Positions 34,849 to 45,325 of a stretch of 64,000 nucleotides of DNA are shown one piece after another. Below the pieces are notes generated by a model. It saw nothing but the letters and a program-made list of their open reading frames with translations, was not told the origin of the DNA and did not search any database. The DNA comes from a virus, in IMG/VR virus record IMGVR_UViG_3300042453_003743, positions 73,342-137,341 of that record. One strand, written 5' to 3'. The position numbers and the translations under genes are program-made. Each line of letters starts with the position of its first letter. Positions within the stretch are counted from its first letter, which is position 1.

Positions 34849-35140
34849 AACTGAAACTAATATGACGTTTGAAGACATTCGTAAGAAGTATAACAACATC
34901 GATTGTTTTTTTACCTATTTTGATGGTGAAAAATCTTCTTTTGATTTTTATGGAACTGATGCTACTGGGACTGAGGTTAGAATTTCTCTCGGTGGTTGTC
35001 CTGCTTGGATAAAGCATCTTTCGTTTGGTCCTAATGATGGTATAAATATTTCTGATGCTCTTGAGCGTCATGTTCGATACATCTCGGTTACCGACAATCG
35101 TGGTAAAGTTGTGTATGAACAAATTTTTGATGTCAACTAA
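34841..35140 (+). CDS. Hypothetical protein
   Basis: Operon-packed ORF. Confidence 0.6.
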   Translation: MAKTETNMTFEDIRKKYNNIDCFFTYFDGEKSSFDFYGTDATGTEVRISLGGCPAWIKHLSFGPNDGINISDALERHVRYISVTDNRGKVVYEQIFDVN

Positions 35141-35148
35141 AGGAAACT

Positions 35149-35544
35149 ATGAATAACTCCGATCACAATGATTTTATGAATTGGCAAAACGGCGACGAGA
35201 ATCCCGAACCAAATAACTTTTTTTATTATGGCCCATGGAATGAAAAATTTCGTGACATGTGGAACAAGATGCACCAAAACATTGATAAAAATGATTACAT
35301 TGAGCAGATGAAAGATTATATGAATTTGAATGATCCCCCAAGTTCAAATCAATATAATAAAGAAAAGAATCGCAGACAAAGACAGAAAAGTAAGTTTCAA
35401 AAAGAGACTATCCTTTCTCAGGAAGATTATTTAAAGCTCATAGAAATTCGTGGTTATCTTTCTATAACCGAACAGTATGCCCACGTAAAAGCATTGGATA
35501 AACTCATCAATCGTATTCAAATTGTAGAAAGGGGACCAAAATGA
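35149..35544 (+). CDS. Hypothetical protein
   Basis: AAGGA SD. Confidence 0.6.
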   Translation: MNNSDHNDFMNWQNGDENPEPNNFFYYGPWNEKFRDMWNKMHQNIDKNDYIEQMKDYMNLNDPPSSNQYNKEKNRRQRQKSKFQKETILSQEDYLKLIEIRGYLSITEQYAHVKALDKLINRIQIVERGPK

Positions 35545-35765
35545 GTGACTACAAACCAGGTTCCGGTTATGATGCTGGATTTAAAACGAGAATGAATGGC
35601 GGTGAAAAGCCAAGCAATGTTCTTTTAGCAGAGAATAATGTTTATTGGACTGAGTGGCTTGCTGGTTGGGATGATGCTCATTCCCAGATAATCAGCGAGT
35701 CCAGAGCAAGAAATACTTGTTCAAATAAAAAGTGTTGTAAGAATAAAAAATTTATTCAAGATTAA
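35541..35765 (+). CDS. Hypothetical protein (GYDAG...WLAGWDDA motif)
   Basis: ATGA overlap. Confidence 0.6.
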   Translation: MSDYKPGSGYDAGFKTRMNGGEKPSNVLLAENNVYWTEWLAGWDDAHSQIISESRARNTCSNKKCCKNKKFIQD

Positions 35766-36480
35766 AATCATCTGAAGATAAATTAAATTCTTCTAAAAAA
35801 TTTGTTGCTGGATAATTTATCCAGTGCATATACTGGTCGCCAGATTCCGGATTTACGGTTCTGACGGCCATTTTTGCTTTGTTTCTTTGGGAAAATCTTT
35901 TTAAATATCTTTTTGTATCGCTATCTGGAACGTCTTTCCATGACTTTGCTTGTTTAAAAGACGTAAATTCCTCTGGGCATACATCAAATATTTCACAATT
36001 TTTTAAATATTTTCTTTTTATTATTCCATCACTAAGAGGTGGATCAAAGCCCGCAACTCCAACAGCAGGAGAATCCTGTGATGATGGGCCACCAAGATTT
36101 CCAGATGACATGTCTTCAAGCAACTCATAATAACTTAATTCACCATTAGTAACTTGAGTAATGTGTCCCTCTATCAAAGCTTCCAAATATTTTGAATCTA
36201 AATCGTAATCTTCAAACTCTTCTGAAAAAAGTTGAAGTGTGCTAAAATATGAAGCTAGCTTTGCTTTTGTTAAGTTTGATGGAATCTGTTCAAATATTTT
36301 TTTCAATTTTATGATCAAATATTCAAAAGAATCTATGCTGCTTTCTGGTTTTATAATGTTTCCTCTTTCGTCTATCGAACCAGCTCTATATGCATTTAAG
36401 TTGGTGTATGGCCCAGATACAGCTTGAGCGAATTCATAGAAGTAAAAAGGAGGAATGTATGATGAACCTGAAAGCATCAA
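35752..36480 (-). CDS. Conserved T4-like hypothetical protein
   Basis: 'AY..G.IDE.GNIIK' motif. Confidence 0.6.
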   Translation of the reverse strand: MMLSGSSYIPPFYFYEFAQAVSGPYTNLNAYRAGSIDERGNIIKPESSIDSFEYLIIKLKKIFEQIPSNLTKAKLASYFSTLQLFSEEFEDYDLDSKYLEALIEGHITQVTNGELSYYELLEDMSSGNLGGPSSQDSPAVGVAGFDPPLSDGIIKRKYLKNCEIFDVCPEEFTSFKQAKSWKDVPDSDTKRYLKRFSQRNKAKMAVRTVNPESGDQYMHWINYPATNFLEEFNLSSDDFNLE

Positions 36481-36486
36481 AAATAT

Positions 36487-36885
36487 TTAGTTTTCTGTTT
36501 GTGAGAGTTTTCTATCGACCCGAGGATCAGTATTTAAAACCATATAATTTACTTCAGGTATATCAAGATTTTTAAATTTTAAAAAAACCAAAAAAGATTT
36601 TAAGTATGAGTGGAGTCTTGGGTCTAATCTAAAAAATAAAATTCTCATCAATTTTTCTTCTCCAAACACGTTTTTTAAAATGATGAGGTGATTTATTATA
36701 AGTCTTTCGCGTATTGATTTTAAAGTTTTATGCTTGTGTATTTTCTGAAGAAGTCTTTTTATGTACTTTACTCTTTTCATGTCATCCATGAATTCTTCTT
36801 TGCCAGAACACTCTGGATTGAAATAATAATTCTGACAGAAGACGTTAAAATTTTCTTCTGTCAGAGGTTCATATTTTGGTTTCAT
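36487..36885 (-). CDS. Conserved T4-like hypothetical protein
   Basis: 'EF.DD.KR.KYIKRLL...ERLIINH.IIL.NVF'. Confidence 0.7.
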   Translation of the reverse strand: MKPKYEPLTEENFNVFCQNYYFNPECSGKEEFMDDMKRVKYIKRLLQKIHKHKTLKSIRERLIINHLIILKNVFGEEKLMRILFFRLDPRLHSYLKSFLVFLKFKNLDIPEVNYMVLNTDPRVDRKLSQTEN

Positions 36886-36889
36886 TATC

Positions 36890-37444
36890 TCAGTGCTGGC
36901 AACCACAATCAGCGCCTTGGTCACTATTATATGAAGATGTTTCCATTGGTACAATGACCATTTCAACACGACGAAGACCGCTAGGTAGCCTTTGAACTTC
37001 TACCATTAATGCCAAGGAATGGCCGAGTTTTTCTTTTATCCCATCCCCTTGTTTGAAACCACTTTTATTAATGTCATCATAGGGATTTTGTCCATACACA
37101 CCGAGTTGTGGACTACCATACTGAACTAATTCATAAACATTTTGACCATCGTTTAATTTATAATTTTTGCAAGCAAAATCTAAACCAAAGTGATTCAATT
37201 TTTGTTTTACAATACCAAGAACATTATCTGGTTCAATGTAATCTTTTGATGAGAATGTATAAAGTAATGCATTAATTGCATCAATGGAATTTGGAAGTTT
37301 TAAATTAAATGTTCCTTGATTTGTGAGAGAGGTGGGACCTGGGTTTGGTTGGCCCATATCGTAAAGGCCACCACCACCCATAGAAGCTTCTCCTGCATTC
37401 TCAGCTAAATTTTTTATGTTTGATAATAGTTCTTTAAATTTCAT
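36890..37444 (-). CDS. Late hypothetical protein
   Basis: CATAAATA plus AAGGA upstream. Confidence 0.6.
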   Translation of the reverse strand: MKFKELLSNIKNLAENAGEASMGGGGLYDMGQPNPGPTSLTNQGTFNLKLPNSIDAINALLYTFSSKDYIEPDNVLGIVKQKLNHFGLDFACKNYKLNDGQNVYELVQYGSPQLGVYGQNPYDDINKSGFKQGDGIKEKLGHSLALMVEVQRLPSGLRRVEMVIVPMETSSYNSDQGADCGCQH

Positions 37445-37458
37445 GGTATTCCTTATAT

Positions 37459-38625
37459 TTATGAACTTTTAGCGTTCATTTTTTTGACTTTTGCCAATCC
37501 ATATAGATCTGGATTGTAGGAAACTTTGGAAAGTGACTCCAGGGTTTGATTGGCAATATCTTCTGTAATCTTTTTCCATTTTCCGCCTTTTGATTTATAA
37601 CATTTCGCAGCCCATGCATTTGCATAAGCACTGGGATAAACATCAAACTTTTTCTTTGCTTGAGCTATGCAACTGTTCCACTTTTTAGGATTCTTTGCTT
37701 TATTTTTGGAAGCTTCAGTAATTTGTTCGGGGTCTTCTTTTAACATTGATGATACTGATTGTGTGCTCCAAGTCTTGCAGGCCCAATATCTGGCCTTCCA
37801 TCTCGGCCCGGGATTATCGCAGTTGTGACGTGCTCTAAAATTTCTTCGGCGGGCTGGATCGTCACGCTTAATTTCCATATTGGGATCACCAAAGTTTACT
37901 TTTACAACATTGCCTTTATCATTTTTGACATAAACTTTATACTTTTTTACATCCCCGCGCATTATTTTATTGAGTTTTACTTTTTTATTTTCTTCTTCAT
38001 AAATTTCTAATTTTTCATCAAACTCATTAGTTTCCATACCTTCTGTCGTATCAACAAATCCCATCACCGTGTCTGGTAAAAATACTTCGTTGACTTCTTG
38101 GCCTTCTTCGTCATCAAAACTAACATGAATTTTATTTTCTAATATTTCTATCGAATTGACATTAAATAATTTACCGCTCTTCGAAACGATTAAATCAAAA
38201 GGCAAAAGTTCTCTGGCTTCTATTAAAGGAAACTGCATCTGTATAAAATTTTCTTTATTTTCTACAATAAAACTTGAAAAGCATTCTTTAATTTCAGAAA
38301 TACCAGTATCAACAAATACTGGCTTTTTTCCTTTTCCTTTTATATCGCCTTTCTCACTTCTTCCAGCCTTTTTCTGTGCAGAACGTTTTCTACGAACAAA
38401 AGAAGCAATTTTTTCTTTTCCAAGTTTTTCAGCTTTTTGACGACTCAAACATGCTGCGTAAGCATCCCCCTCTTTGGCATCTCCACATTTTCCAACTCTT
38501 TCTCCTTTTGTGTTGTACCTGTCCCATCCGGGTCCACCGCCTGCCGATTCTCGGTTAAACCACTTGCCAAGACCTGAATCTGAAAATACTTTTTCTAAAA
38601 TTAAATTTACATTTTTTTTAATCAT
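37459..38625 (-). CDS. Multi-domain basic head-associated protein
   Basis: 'GL.KWF', 'KVNFGDPNM.IK...FRARHNC...ARYW.C', 'KFDVYPSAYAN'. Confidence 0.65.
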   Translation of the reverse strand: MIKKNVNLILEKVFSDSGLGKWFNRESAGGGPGWDRYNTKGERVGKCGDAKEGDAYAACLSRQKAEKLGKEKIASFVRRKRSAQKKAGRSEKGDIKGKGKKPVFVDTGISEIKECFSSFIVENKENFIQMQFPLIEARELLPFDLIVSKSGKLFNVNSIEILENKIHVSFDDEEGQEVNEVFLPDTVMGFVDTTEGMETNEFDEKLEIYEEENKKVKLNKIMRGDVKKYKVYVKNDKGNVVKVNFGDPNMEIKRDDPARRRNFRARHNCDNPGPRWKARYWACKTWSTQSVSSMLKEDPEQITEASKNKAKNPKKWNSCIAQAKKKFDVYPSAYANAWAAKCYKSKGGKWKKITEDIANQTLESLSKVSYNPDLYGLAKVKKMNAKSS

Positions 38626-40970
38626 TTCCAGTCCTTATCTTGTTTCTCGCCTTTTTGGTGTCCGTTGTCGGATCTATTTTCAGATTTATTACGAACACGT
38701 AAATTATTTATACCATTTGAGCCGCCAGATCTCAGGGGATTTTTGTGATCAATGTCTTTGCCATCTCCCTTTTTAACTATACCCTTTTTTTTCATTTCCT
38801 CGCGCGCTTTTGTTCTCGCAGCACGTTCTTTTCTTTGCTTTGGTTTTCCATGGTAATTTCTGTATTCCATGTCATAGTCTCTTTTGTACTCCTCTTCAAT
38901 AGAATTTAAAATATTAACCAACATGAATAATCTAAATGGCTCTTCTTCCAATCTCTCTATTATGTTTGTATATATTTGTTTTAATTCTAATGGCCGAGCT
39001 TCGTTTTCAATTAAAATTTGAGAACCGAGGTTTATAAAAGAAAGTTCCGCATCTGTCAACAACTGAGACTTAATCAACGAAGATAGTATAAAATTATTAG
39101 AAAAAGATTCTAATAATATATCATTTACTATTAATGGCATTGACTCCATCAATGCATTTGAAATTTTTTGACCTTTTTCTACAGGTATTTTTATTGTTTT
39201 CTTTCCAATTTTTACATGATTATATTCAACAGCATTCAAATCTTTTGGTTTGAATCCCGGAAGCAAACTTGCATTCATTGAAATTTCATAGTTATTAAGT
39301 ATGTCAGAAACCATTAGCTGAACAGCATCTACGTTATCAATTGGAACAACCATCTTTTTCAGTTCGGCTTGTTCTGATTTTTGCTCTACTATTACACTAT
39401 ATTTTTTAAGCATTTCTGCTGCCGAAGGTTTGTAATTTGTAACGTTTTGTGATGTTATAATATTTTTTGCTGGTTTTATTTCCAACTCTGATTGTGCTGA
39501 TATAACATTAAAATAATCATCACTGAGAGGAAAAACCCCATTTACTGTTACTACGTGATTGGCAGCAATATTTGGTGGAACTACATTATCTCCTCTTAAT
39601 ACATTTTTTAATACACTGTTTATAATATTTGATTTGAGAGAAGCAGATTTGCTTTTGATTAATTGTTTAGTTAATTTTTTCCACTCATCTTGATAATTGT
39701 TTAAGGATACCTTTGGATTTAGTTCATTATTATCTAACAATATTGGACCCAGATCGTTACCATTTTGATCTGTTACTTTTGTGTTTTTAAATTTATTAAC
39801 AAGAGCTTCATTTTTTAATATCATATCAAGATATTCATTGGGTATCAACTCTTTCGAATATGATGCCTTCATCCCAGCGCCATCTTGGAACATTTTGCTC
39901 AAAGCTGGATCATTTTGTATGCTTTGTGGGTTGCTAAGTGCTGTAACCAATGCTGTGCCAACATAACCTTTAAATGATTTGGAATTTTGATTTAAATCTG
40001 CTGTAGAAAGACTTATTTCTCCACCAGCAGAAACTTTAAATCTATAATTCCCACAAGACATATCAGATACACCATCATTATTAATTGCGTTGGCTCCAGA
40101 TTCAATTGAGGACAGCATGTTTTGAATACATTCTTCTCCAAGTTGAGAAAGTATTTTTTTAGCTGTATAAAACGCATTTCTTGTGAAATCCAAACCAGCC
40201 GGATTCATGGCCGTCATCGTTAACATTTCTTGGTCGCTCGCACCCATTTTTATTTTTGCCAAGAAAATAATGGCATTCAATACTTGTTGATTGAATGGTG
40301 CGGTTGAAACGGGATTTAAAGAAAATTTGACACTTAAAGATTCATATGTCAAATTATCAAAACTTGTATTCGATGGTGGTTTTCTTTGGGAAGCAAAATA
40401 TTCTTGTCGTAGTTCTGGTGGTATATTAGCTAACTGTTCACCATTCATTTGTGAGAGAGATTGAAAAATTTCTTCTTTTGATAATCTTCTGCCCTTTGGC
40501 TTTCCGTCGCCCTCTTTTTTATCTTCTTTTTTTGACTCTTTCCCGCTGGGTTCTTTTTTTTCCTCCTTCTTTTCTGGTTTTTTCTTATCCTTTTTCTCTG
40601 TTTCTTTTTGTTTTGTTTCTCCAAAAAGAAGTTTGGATGCGCGGGTCTGTTCAAAGTTTGGATCTCTTGTAAGCTGTTGAGCTTCGCCTAGAGATAGACT
40701 ATCTTTACCAACTTTTGTATGGTATTTTTCATTAAATGAATCTTTAAAAACTAATTGAAGTTTTCCTTCAGAAGTTTTTACAGCAATAACTTCTTTAACA
40801 AGCTCTTGCTTTGGTTTTTTGTCTCTTGGTATGAGCCTAGAACGCTCTACGCGCTTTCTAGCTGCATCTTTAGCTCTGAGATCAGTAGCAGCGCCTTTGG
40901 CACGCTCCTTCTTCTCTGCCTCTCCTACTTTTGCTTCATTTAATTTTAATAAAAGTGATTTAAAGTTCAT
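38622..40970 (-). CDS. Large late protein with a C-terminal HNH domain
   Basis: 'RDY..EY...HG', 'GDGKDIDHKNPL..GGSN...NLRV...SENRS'. Confidence 0.7.
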   Translation of the reverse strand: MNFKSLLLKLNEAKVGEAEKKERAKGAATDLRAKDAARKRVERSRLIPRDKKPKQELVKEVIAVKTSEGKLQLVFKDSFNEKYHTKVGKDSLSLGEAQQLTRDPNFEQTRASKLLFGETKQKETEKKDKKKPEKKEEKKEPSGKESKKEDKKEGDGKPKGRRLSKEEIFQSLSQMNGEQLANIPPELRQEYFASQRKPPSNTSFDNLTYESLSVKFSLNPVSTAPFNQQVLNAIIFLAKIKMGASDQEMLTMTAMNPAGLDFTRNAFYTAKKILSQLGEECIQNMLSSIESGANAINNDGVSDMSCGNYRFKVSAGGEISLSTADLNQNSKSFKGYVGTALVTALSNPQSIQNDPALSKMFQDGAGMKASYSKELIPNEYLDMILKNEALVNKFKNTKVTDQNGNDLGPILLDNNELNPKVSLNNYQDEWKKLTKQLIKSKSASLKSNIINSVLKNVLRGDNVVPPNIAANHVVTVNGVFPLSDDYFNVISAQSELEIKPAKNIITSQNVTNYKPSAAEMLKKYSVIVEQKSEQAELKKMVVPIDNVDAVQLMVSDILNNYEISMNASLLPGFKPKDLNAVEYNHVKIGKKTIKIPVEKGQKISNALMESMPLIVNDILLESFSNNFILSSLIKSQLLTDAELSFINLGSQILIENEARPLELKQIYTNIIERLEEEPFRLFMLVNILNSIEEEYKRDYDMEYRNYHGKPKQRKERAARTKAREEMKKKGIVKKGDGKDIDHKNPLRSGGSNGINNLRVRNKSENRSDNGHQKGEKQDKDWK

Positions 40971-40976
40971 CTCCAA

Positions 40977-41579
40977 TTATTTAGGCTCTGGAGGAACCTT
41001 ATAATTTTCTAAAGGATTATAGAGTTTTAAATTTTTGTAAGATTTTGCCTTACCAACAGCCAATTTTCTAAGATTGGCGTAATCTAAGTTATTTTCTTTA
41101 GCAAAATCAGAAATACTGGGTATGTTCAAAATTTGACCACTTTTAATATCAACAAACACAGCACCCATTTTTATCGGTATTTTATTTCGTTTTTCTTCTT
41201 TTGCCTTTTCATGAGATCCAGTGCCGTCTTTTACTGATCTTAATTCTACCGCTGTCCATCCTTTATATGTTTTTCTTTTTCCATTTAACAATTCACAAAT
41301 TTTTACAGCAGAAAGACCATGAAGTTTTCCAAACTCTGTCATATTTTCAAAAAATACTTTTTCTTCGGTATCAACTTTTTTTAACCAGTATCCGTTTTTT
41401 TCTTTTACTGGGCTATTCCAAAACCAGTATCCATCTTTTTCTAAAAAAAATCCGCCATGTTTATTCAAAAACATGGCTCTCATCTTTTTTGCTTTGGAAT
41501 TGTCATTCATCTGCATCCAAAGTTTTGTTCCTTTTGTATTCACTGCATCTTCTAATGTTTTTTGTTCATAATATTTCAT
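40977..41579 (-). CDS. Protein with NUMOD-like DNA-binding repeats
   Basis: Two 'F...EF....L....L..GK.K.YK' repeats. Confidence 0.55.
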   Translation of the reverse strand: MKYYEQKTLEDAVNTKGTKLWMQMNDNSKAKKMRAMFLNKHGGFFLEKDGYWFWNSPVKEKNGYWLKKVDTEEKVFFENMTEFGKLHGLSAVKICELLNGKRKTYKGWTAVELRSVKDGTGSHEKAKEEKRNKIPIKMGAVFVDIKSGQILNIPSISDFAKENNLDYANLRKLAVGKAKSYKNLKLYNPLENYKVPPEPK

Positions 41580-42234
41580 TTTGTTCCCTATATTTTTTTA
41601 CTAAATTATGTAAATGTTTGACATATTTTAGAGGGTTTCCCTGAAAAACTTGTTTTATTCCATCTTCACAAGCAATTAATATTGCAAAATTATCAATAAT
41701 TATTCCGCTTCTTTCTTGAAACATTAGAGCGTATGCTGTAGCTTGCGCAAAATAATTATCAATGTCTTCTTCTCTTTTTTCTTTAGTGCTCGCTTTAAAA
41801 TCAATAATAGTCATCTTACCGTCATATTCTGCTATACAATCTGTTCTTCCAGCCAGTTTTAATGTTTTAGACCATAGTGGGTTTTCAAGAGAAATAATAT
41901 TATCAATCTTATCCAACTCTGGTTTTAATAAATTGAACAATGCTTTATTTCCAGAGGTAATTTCATCAAAATCTATTTCTTCATTTTTTAAATATTTTTC
42001 AATTAAAGAATGAAATTTTGTTCCCCTTGTTGTAACTCTTTTGCTTTCTTCTGGATTCTTTTCTCTCCATTTTGCAAAAAATTTTTGTTTTTCAAAACCA
42101 ACAACTGTAGTTACACTGGGGAATATACCTCCCGGAGTTTCATAAAATCTTTTTCCATCTATTGTAACTTCTTTTAAATTACAGTCCAACTCAATAGGTT
42201 TGTGTATAAATTTTTTTGGTTCTTGTGTAAACAT
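41566..42234 (-). CDS. PD-(D/E)xK exonuclease
   Basis: 'FPSVTTV', 'RGT.FH', 'AGRTDCIA', 'IIDFK', 'Q..AYA'. Confidence 0.85.
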   Translation of the reverse strand: MFTQEPKKFIHKPIELDCNLKEVTIDGKRFYETPGGIFPSVTTVVGFEKQKFFAKWREKNPEESKRVTTRGTKFHSLIEKYLKNEEIDFDEITSGNKALFNLLKPELDKIDNIISLENPLWSKTLKLAGRTDCIAEYDGKMTIIDFKASTKEKREEDIDNYFAQATAYALMFQERSGIIIDNFAILIACEDGIKQVFQGNPLKYVKHLHNLVKKYREQNEIL

Positions 42235-42259
42235 AAGTTACAAAATATAGCATATTTTT

Positions 42260-45200
42260 TCAAATATGCAAGAATTGTGTAAATCTTCCGAGGGCTCTTG
42301 CTCCAAGATTTACATCTGCACCCAATCTGAATCCTCTGGGCTGGCCAGGAATTTCTCCTTCGTATTCACCACCAAGTGGTAACACCGGAGCTCCAGGCTT
42401 ACCTGGCTTTCCTTTTTCTTTTGGTTTACCAATTCTACCTTTTTCTTGTGGAGGTGGTGTGGTTGGTTTTTTAGAGTCAGTTTGTCTCACAGTTGTTGCC
42501 GGTGCCGGTACAACAGGAGGTATCTGTGGAATAACTTCCTTTGCTTCTGTCGAAGCAGGTGCGTTTTCTTTTGTAGGTTCTTTAGAATTTTGTTCTAATT
42601 TATCAATATTTTTTTGGAATTCATTATTGATATCGCGCATCATATCAAATATAGTTTTTGGTTGTTGTATTACTTTTGGCTGCGCTTTTGTTTCTGGTCG
42701 TTTTTTACTTTCAAGTTCAGAAGGTTCCTGTATCTCTATGGTAGCGGGCGTTTCTATTTTCTTTTGATTTGATGGTATTTCACCACCACCAACCATTTCT
42801 GGGGCTGCTCTGTCTTTTTCTGTTGTCTGTATACTTGGTTCTGTTTTGGGAACAGAAACTGTTGGTGCGGATACTGGCCCCGGTCTTTCTGTTGCTTTTA
42901 TGGTAGAGGCTGGTTTAATGTTTATTCCCTCAGCACTCTGTGTTTTTGCTGCTTGTCTAGTTGAAGGTTCTGGTAGAGTTTCTGGTGCTTTGGGTGTTTC
43001 TGCTACTTTTACTTCTCCAACCTTTGCTTTTGGTGGAGCTTTCATCTGAGGTGTCATATCTGCTACAGCTCTTGCAATTTGTTCACCATTTATTATTTGT
43101 ACTGGTTCTTTTGGTGTCGCTGCCCATTTTGGAACATTTATGTCCATGGCAGGTTTTACTTCAGCAACAGCTGATTTTGCAACTAGATCGGCCAAAGATA
43201 CTCTTGGGGGAAGTGTTATATTTCCTACTCCCGGCAAAGCAGCCGCTGCTGCAGCCACTCTTCCCAATGAAGGTTTTGCAGCAGCTTTTGGAAATTGGAA
43301 AGAAACTGGAGCAAGAGTTCCAAGCAATTCTTTTACTTGTTCCGGCGTAAGCTCTTTTGGTTTTGGAGAAATCTCTGGTTCAACTTTTGCTACAGAAATG
43401 TCTTTTGGTTTTGCTGCTGCTTCTCTAGCTGCTCTAGTCAAAATTGACTCTGGCGGTTTTGCCACATTTTCTAAAGCTTTTATATCTGACAGAGAAAGTG
43501 TTGTTTTAATTTGTGGTTTCGGAGAAACTTCTGGTATAGTTGCTGTCAAAGGTTCACGCAAACCAAATTTAAGCATCCCAAGAGATCTCAAAATTTCTCC
43601 ACGGGTTTTTGTTTTCCATTGAGATAATTGTTCTGGAGACAGAGATTCAATACCAGTTGGCTTTGTTTCAGCAAAATTAATTTTTACTTCTGGGGGTTTG
43701 GCTACTTCCGGCACTACAGTTGAAACTTCTTCTGGTTTCGATGATACTTCTAGTTCATCTCTTCTGCGTCTTTTTTCTCCTGCTGCTCTCCCTTCAGCGG
43801 CTATTGCCTCTTGGGGTCTCCAAAAAATTATTGGAACATTTGGTTTCAAGCCGTCTGCCACTCTCTCAGATCCGGGTTTAGCAGGTTCATAAAAAGGTGG
43901 CTTCACAGTTTCTCTTGATATCTCAATAGGTTCTAGTGGTTTTGAAACTTCAGTTTTTAGTGGCTCGGGTATTTGTGCAGTAAAGGCTCCACCTTGTCTG
44001 CCTTTGGTTGCTTTAAAAATCTCTGGTCTATAACCAAAAGCCTTTAGCATTTCTCCACGATTTGCCCACTCTGGTCTTGGCGAAACTTCTACTGGTGGTT
44101 TTGCTGGTGCTCCAAAATCTATTGGAGGCATTTCTTTTGCAGTAAATACTCCCGCCGGAGGTGCTTCAAATTTTACTTCACTAGGAACTTCTACTTCTTG
44201 TGGTGGCTCTGGTTTTGGAGAAAATTCTGGTTTTTCTGAAGATTTTGGTGTAATTTTAGATTTTTTATAGGTGGTGATCAATTTATCAACTAGTTTTGAA
44301 CCTCCTACAAATGGATATGCGCTCCCTAACATTTCACCAGTCCATCTTGCAAGTTTATCTTGTGATGCTGCTTCTATGCCACTACCGACAACCATAGCAC
44401 CACCAGCAGTCGCAACTGTTGCTCTACCAACAGCCTTGCCCAGCTCTTCTGCACTTCTTGCTCTAGCTAAAATAGGTGGTAAAAATTTTTTTGTTGCTTC
44501 AGCACTTGTTTTTACGGTAGTTGGTGCTCTTGAAGCAGCTGCTGCTACAACTCTGCCTCCGACACCCTCGGCAGCTCTGGTAGCTGCATTGTATGCACCA
44601 CCAGTAGCATATGCCAACCCTATTTGCACTGGATCAGTCAAAATATCTGCTGCACCAGCGCCCAAATCATAAACATTTGCAGCGCCACGGCCCATACCAC
44701 TCCATCTTGGCAAATCTATTTGTGTTGTTTTTTTACCTTCTTCGTCTTCTGTCTCAATTTTTAGTGGGCTTGTTATACCGCCAGCAACAGTTTCGTATTC
44801 ATCTCTAGTAAGAACATCAGCAAGATCTTTATTTTGGGCTAAAACTCTAATTAGGAGATCTTTATCACTGATTGTTTTATCTCCAGCATCAAATGCTGCT
44901 TTTCTTTCTTTTACTAAATTTTGAGCTAAAGTATCACGAAGTTCTTTATATTTGCCCGGAAATTTTTCTTTCATTTCCGTTTCGGCTCTACCCAATTCTT
45001 CTACACCGGCACCAAAATATTCTGATGCAGCAATACTACCCGGCGTGTAAGGAGCAAATTCTGTATAACCACTCCAATCAGAAAAATCCATCAGTTTATC
45101 GAGTCCTATACGACGAGCTTGTTCAAAATATTTTTTATATGCTATTGCAGCTTCTTTTCCTGGGTCTACAAGTTTTTCTTGTGGGCTTAAAACACCAGCT

Positions 45201-45322
45201 TTCTTCAGACGAGCTTCCTCAGATCTTCTGGCTCTCATTTCTGCACCATCTTCATTCAAAAGAGTATTTCTATTTGAAAGAAGTTCTTCTACCAGTGGAT
45301 TTAGTTTACGAACATTGTGCAT
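42260..45322 (-). CDS. Large Pro/Ala/Glu/Lys-rich protein, probably virion-internal
   Basis: 1020-aa ORF, low complexity. Confidence 0.65.
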   Translation of the reverse strand: MHNVRKLNPLVEELLSNRNTLLNEDGAEMRARRSEEARLKKAGVLSPQEKLVDPGKEAAIAYKKYFEQARRIGLDKLMDFSDWSGYTEFAPYTPGSIAASEYFGAGVEELGRAETEMKEKFPGKYKELRDTLAQNLVKERKAAFDAGDKTISDKDLLIRVLAQNKDLADVLTRDEYETVAGGITSPLKIETEDEEGKKTTQIDLPRWSGMGRGAANVYDLGAGAADILTDPVQIGLAYATGGAYNAATRAAEGVGGRVVAAAASRAPTTVKTSAEATKKFLPPILARARSAEELGKAVGRATVATAGGAMVVGSGIEAASQDKLARWTGEMLGSAYPFVGGSKLVDKLITTYKKSKITPKSSEKPEFSPKPEPPQEVEVPSEVKFEAPPAGVFTAKEMPPIDFGAPAKPPVEVSPRPEWANRGEMLKAFGYRPEIFKATKGRQGGAFTAQIPEPLKTEVSKPLEPIEISRETVKPPFYEPAKPGSERVADGLKPNVPIIFWRPQEAIAAEGRAAGEKRRRRDELEVSSKPEEVSTVVPEVAKPPEVKINFAETKPTGIESLSPEQLSQWKTKTRGEILRSLGMLKFGLREPLTATIPEVSPKPQIKTTLSLSDIKALENVAKPPESILTRAAREAAAKPKDISVAKVEPEISPKPKELTPEQVKELLGTLAPVSFQFPKAAAKPSLGRVAAAAAALPGVGNITLPPRVSLADLVAKSAVAEVKPAMDINVPKWAATPKEPVQIINGEQIARAVADMTPQMKAPPKAKVGEVKVAETPKAPETLPEPSTRQAAKTQSAEGINIKPASTIKATERPGPVSAPTVSVPKTEPSIQTTEKDRAAPEMVGGGEIPSNQKKIETPATIEIQEPSELESKKRPETKAQPKVIQQPKTIFDMMRDINNEFQKNIDKLEQNSKEPTKENAPASTEAKEVIPQIPPVVPAPATTVRQTDSKKPTTPPPQEKGRIGKPKEKGKPGKPGAPVLPLGGEYEGEIPGQPRGFRLGADVNLGARALGRFTQFLHI

Positions 45323-45325
45323 AAA

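Noticed and set aside
41566-42234. Cas4 / CRISPR adaptation gene
   Set aside because: Lacks the Fe-S cysteines and any CRISPR context; it is an ordinary phage PD-(D/E)xK exonuclease.
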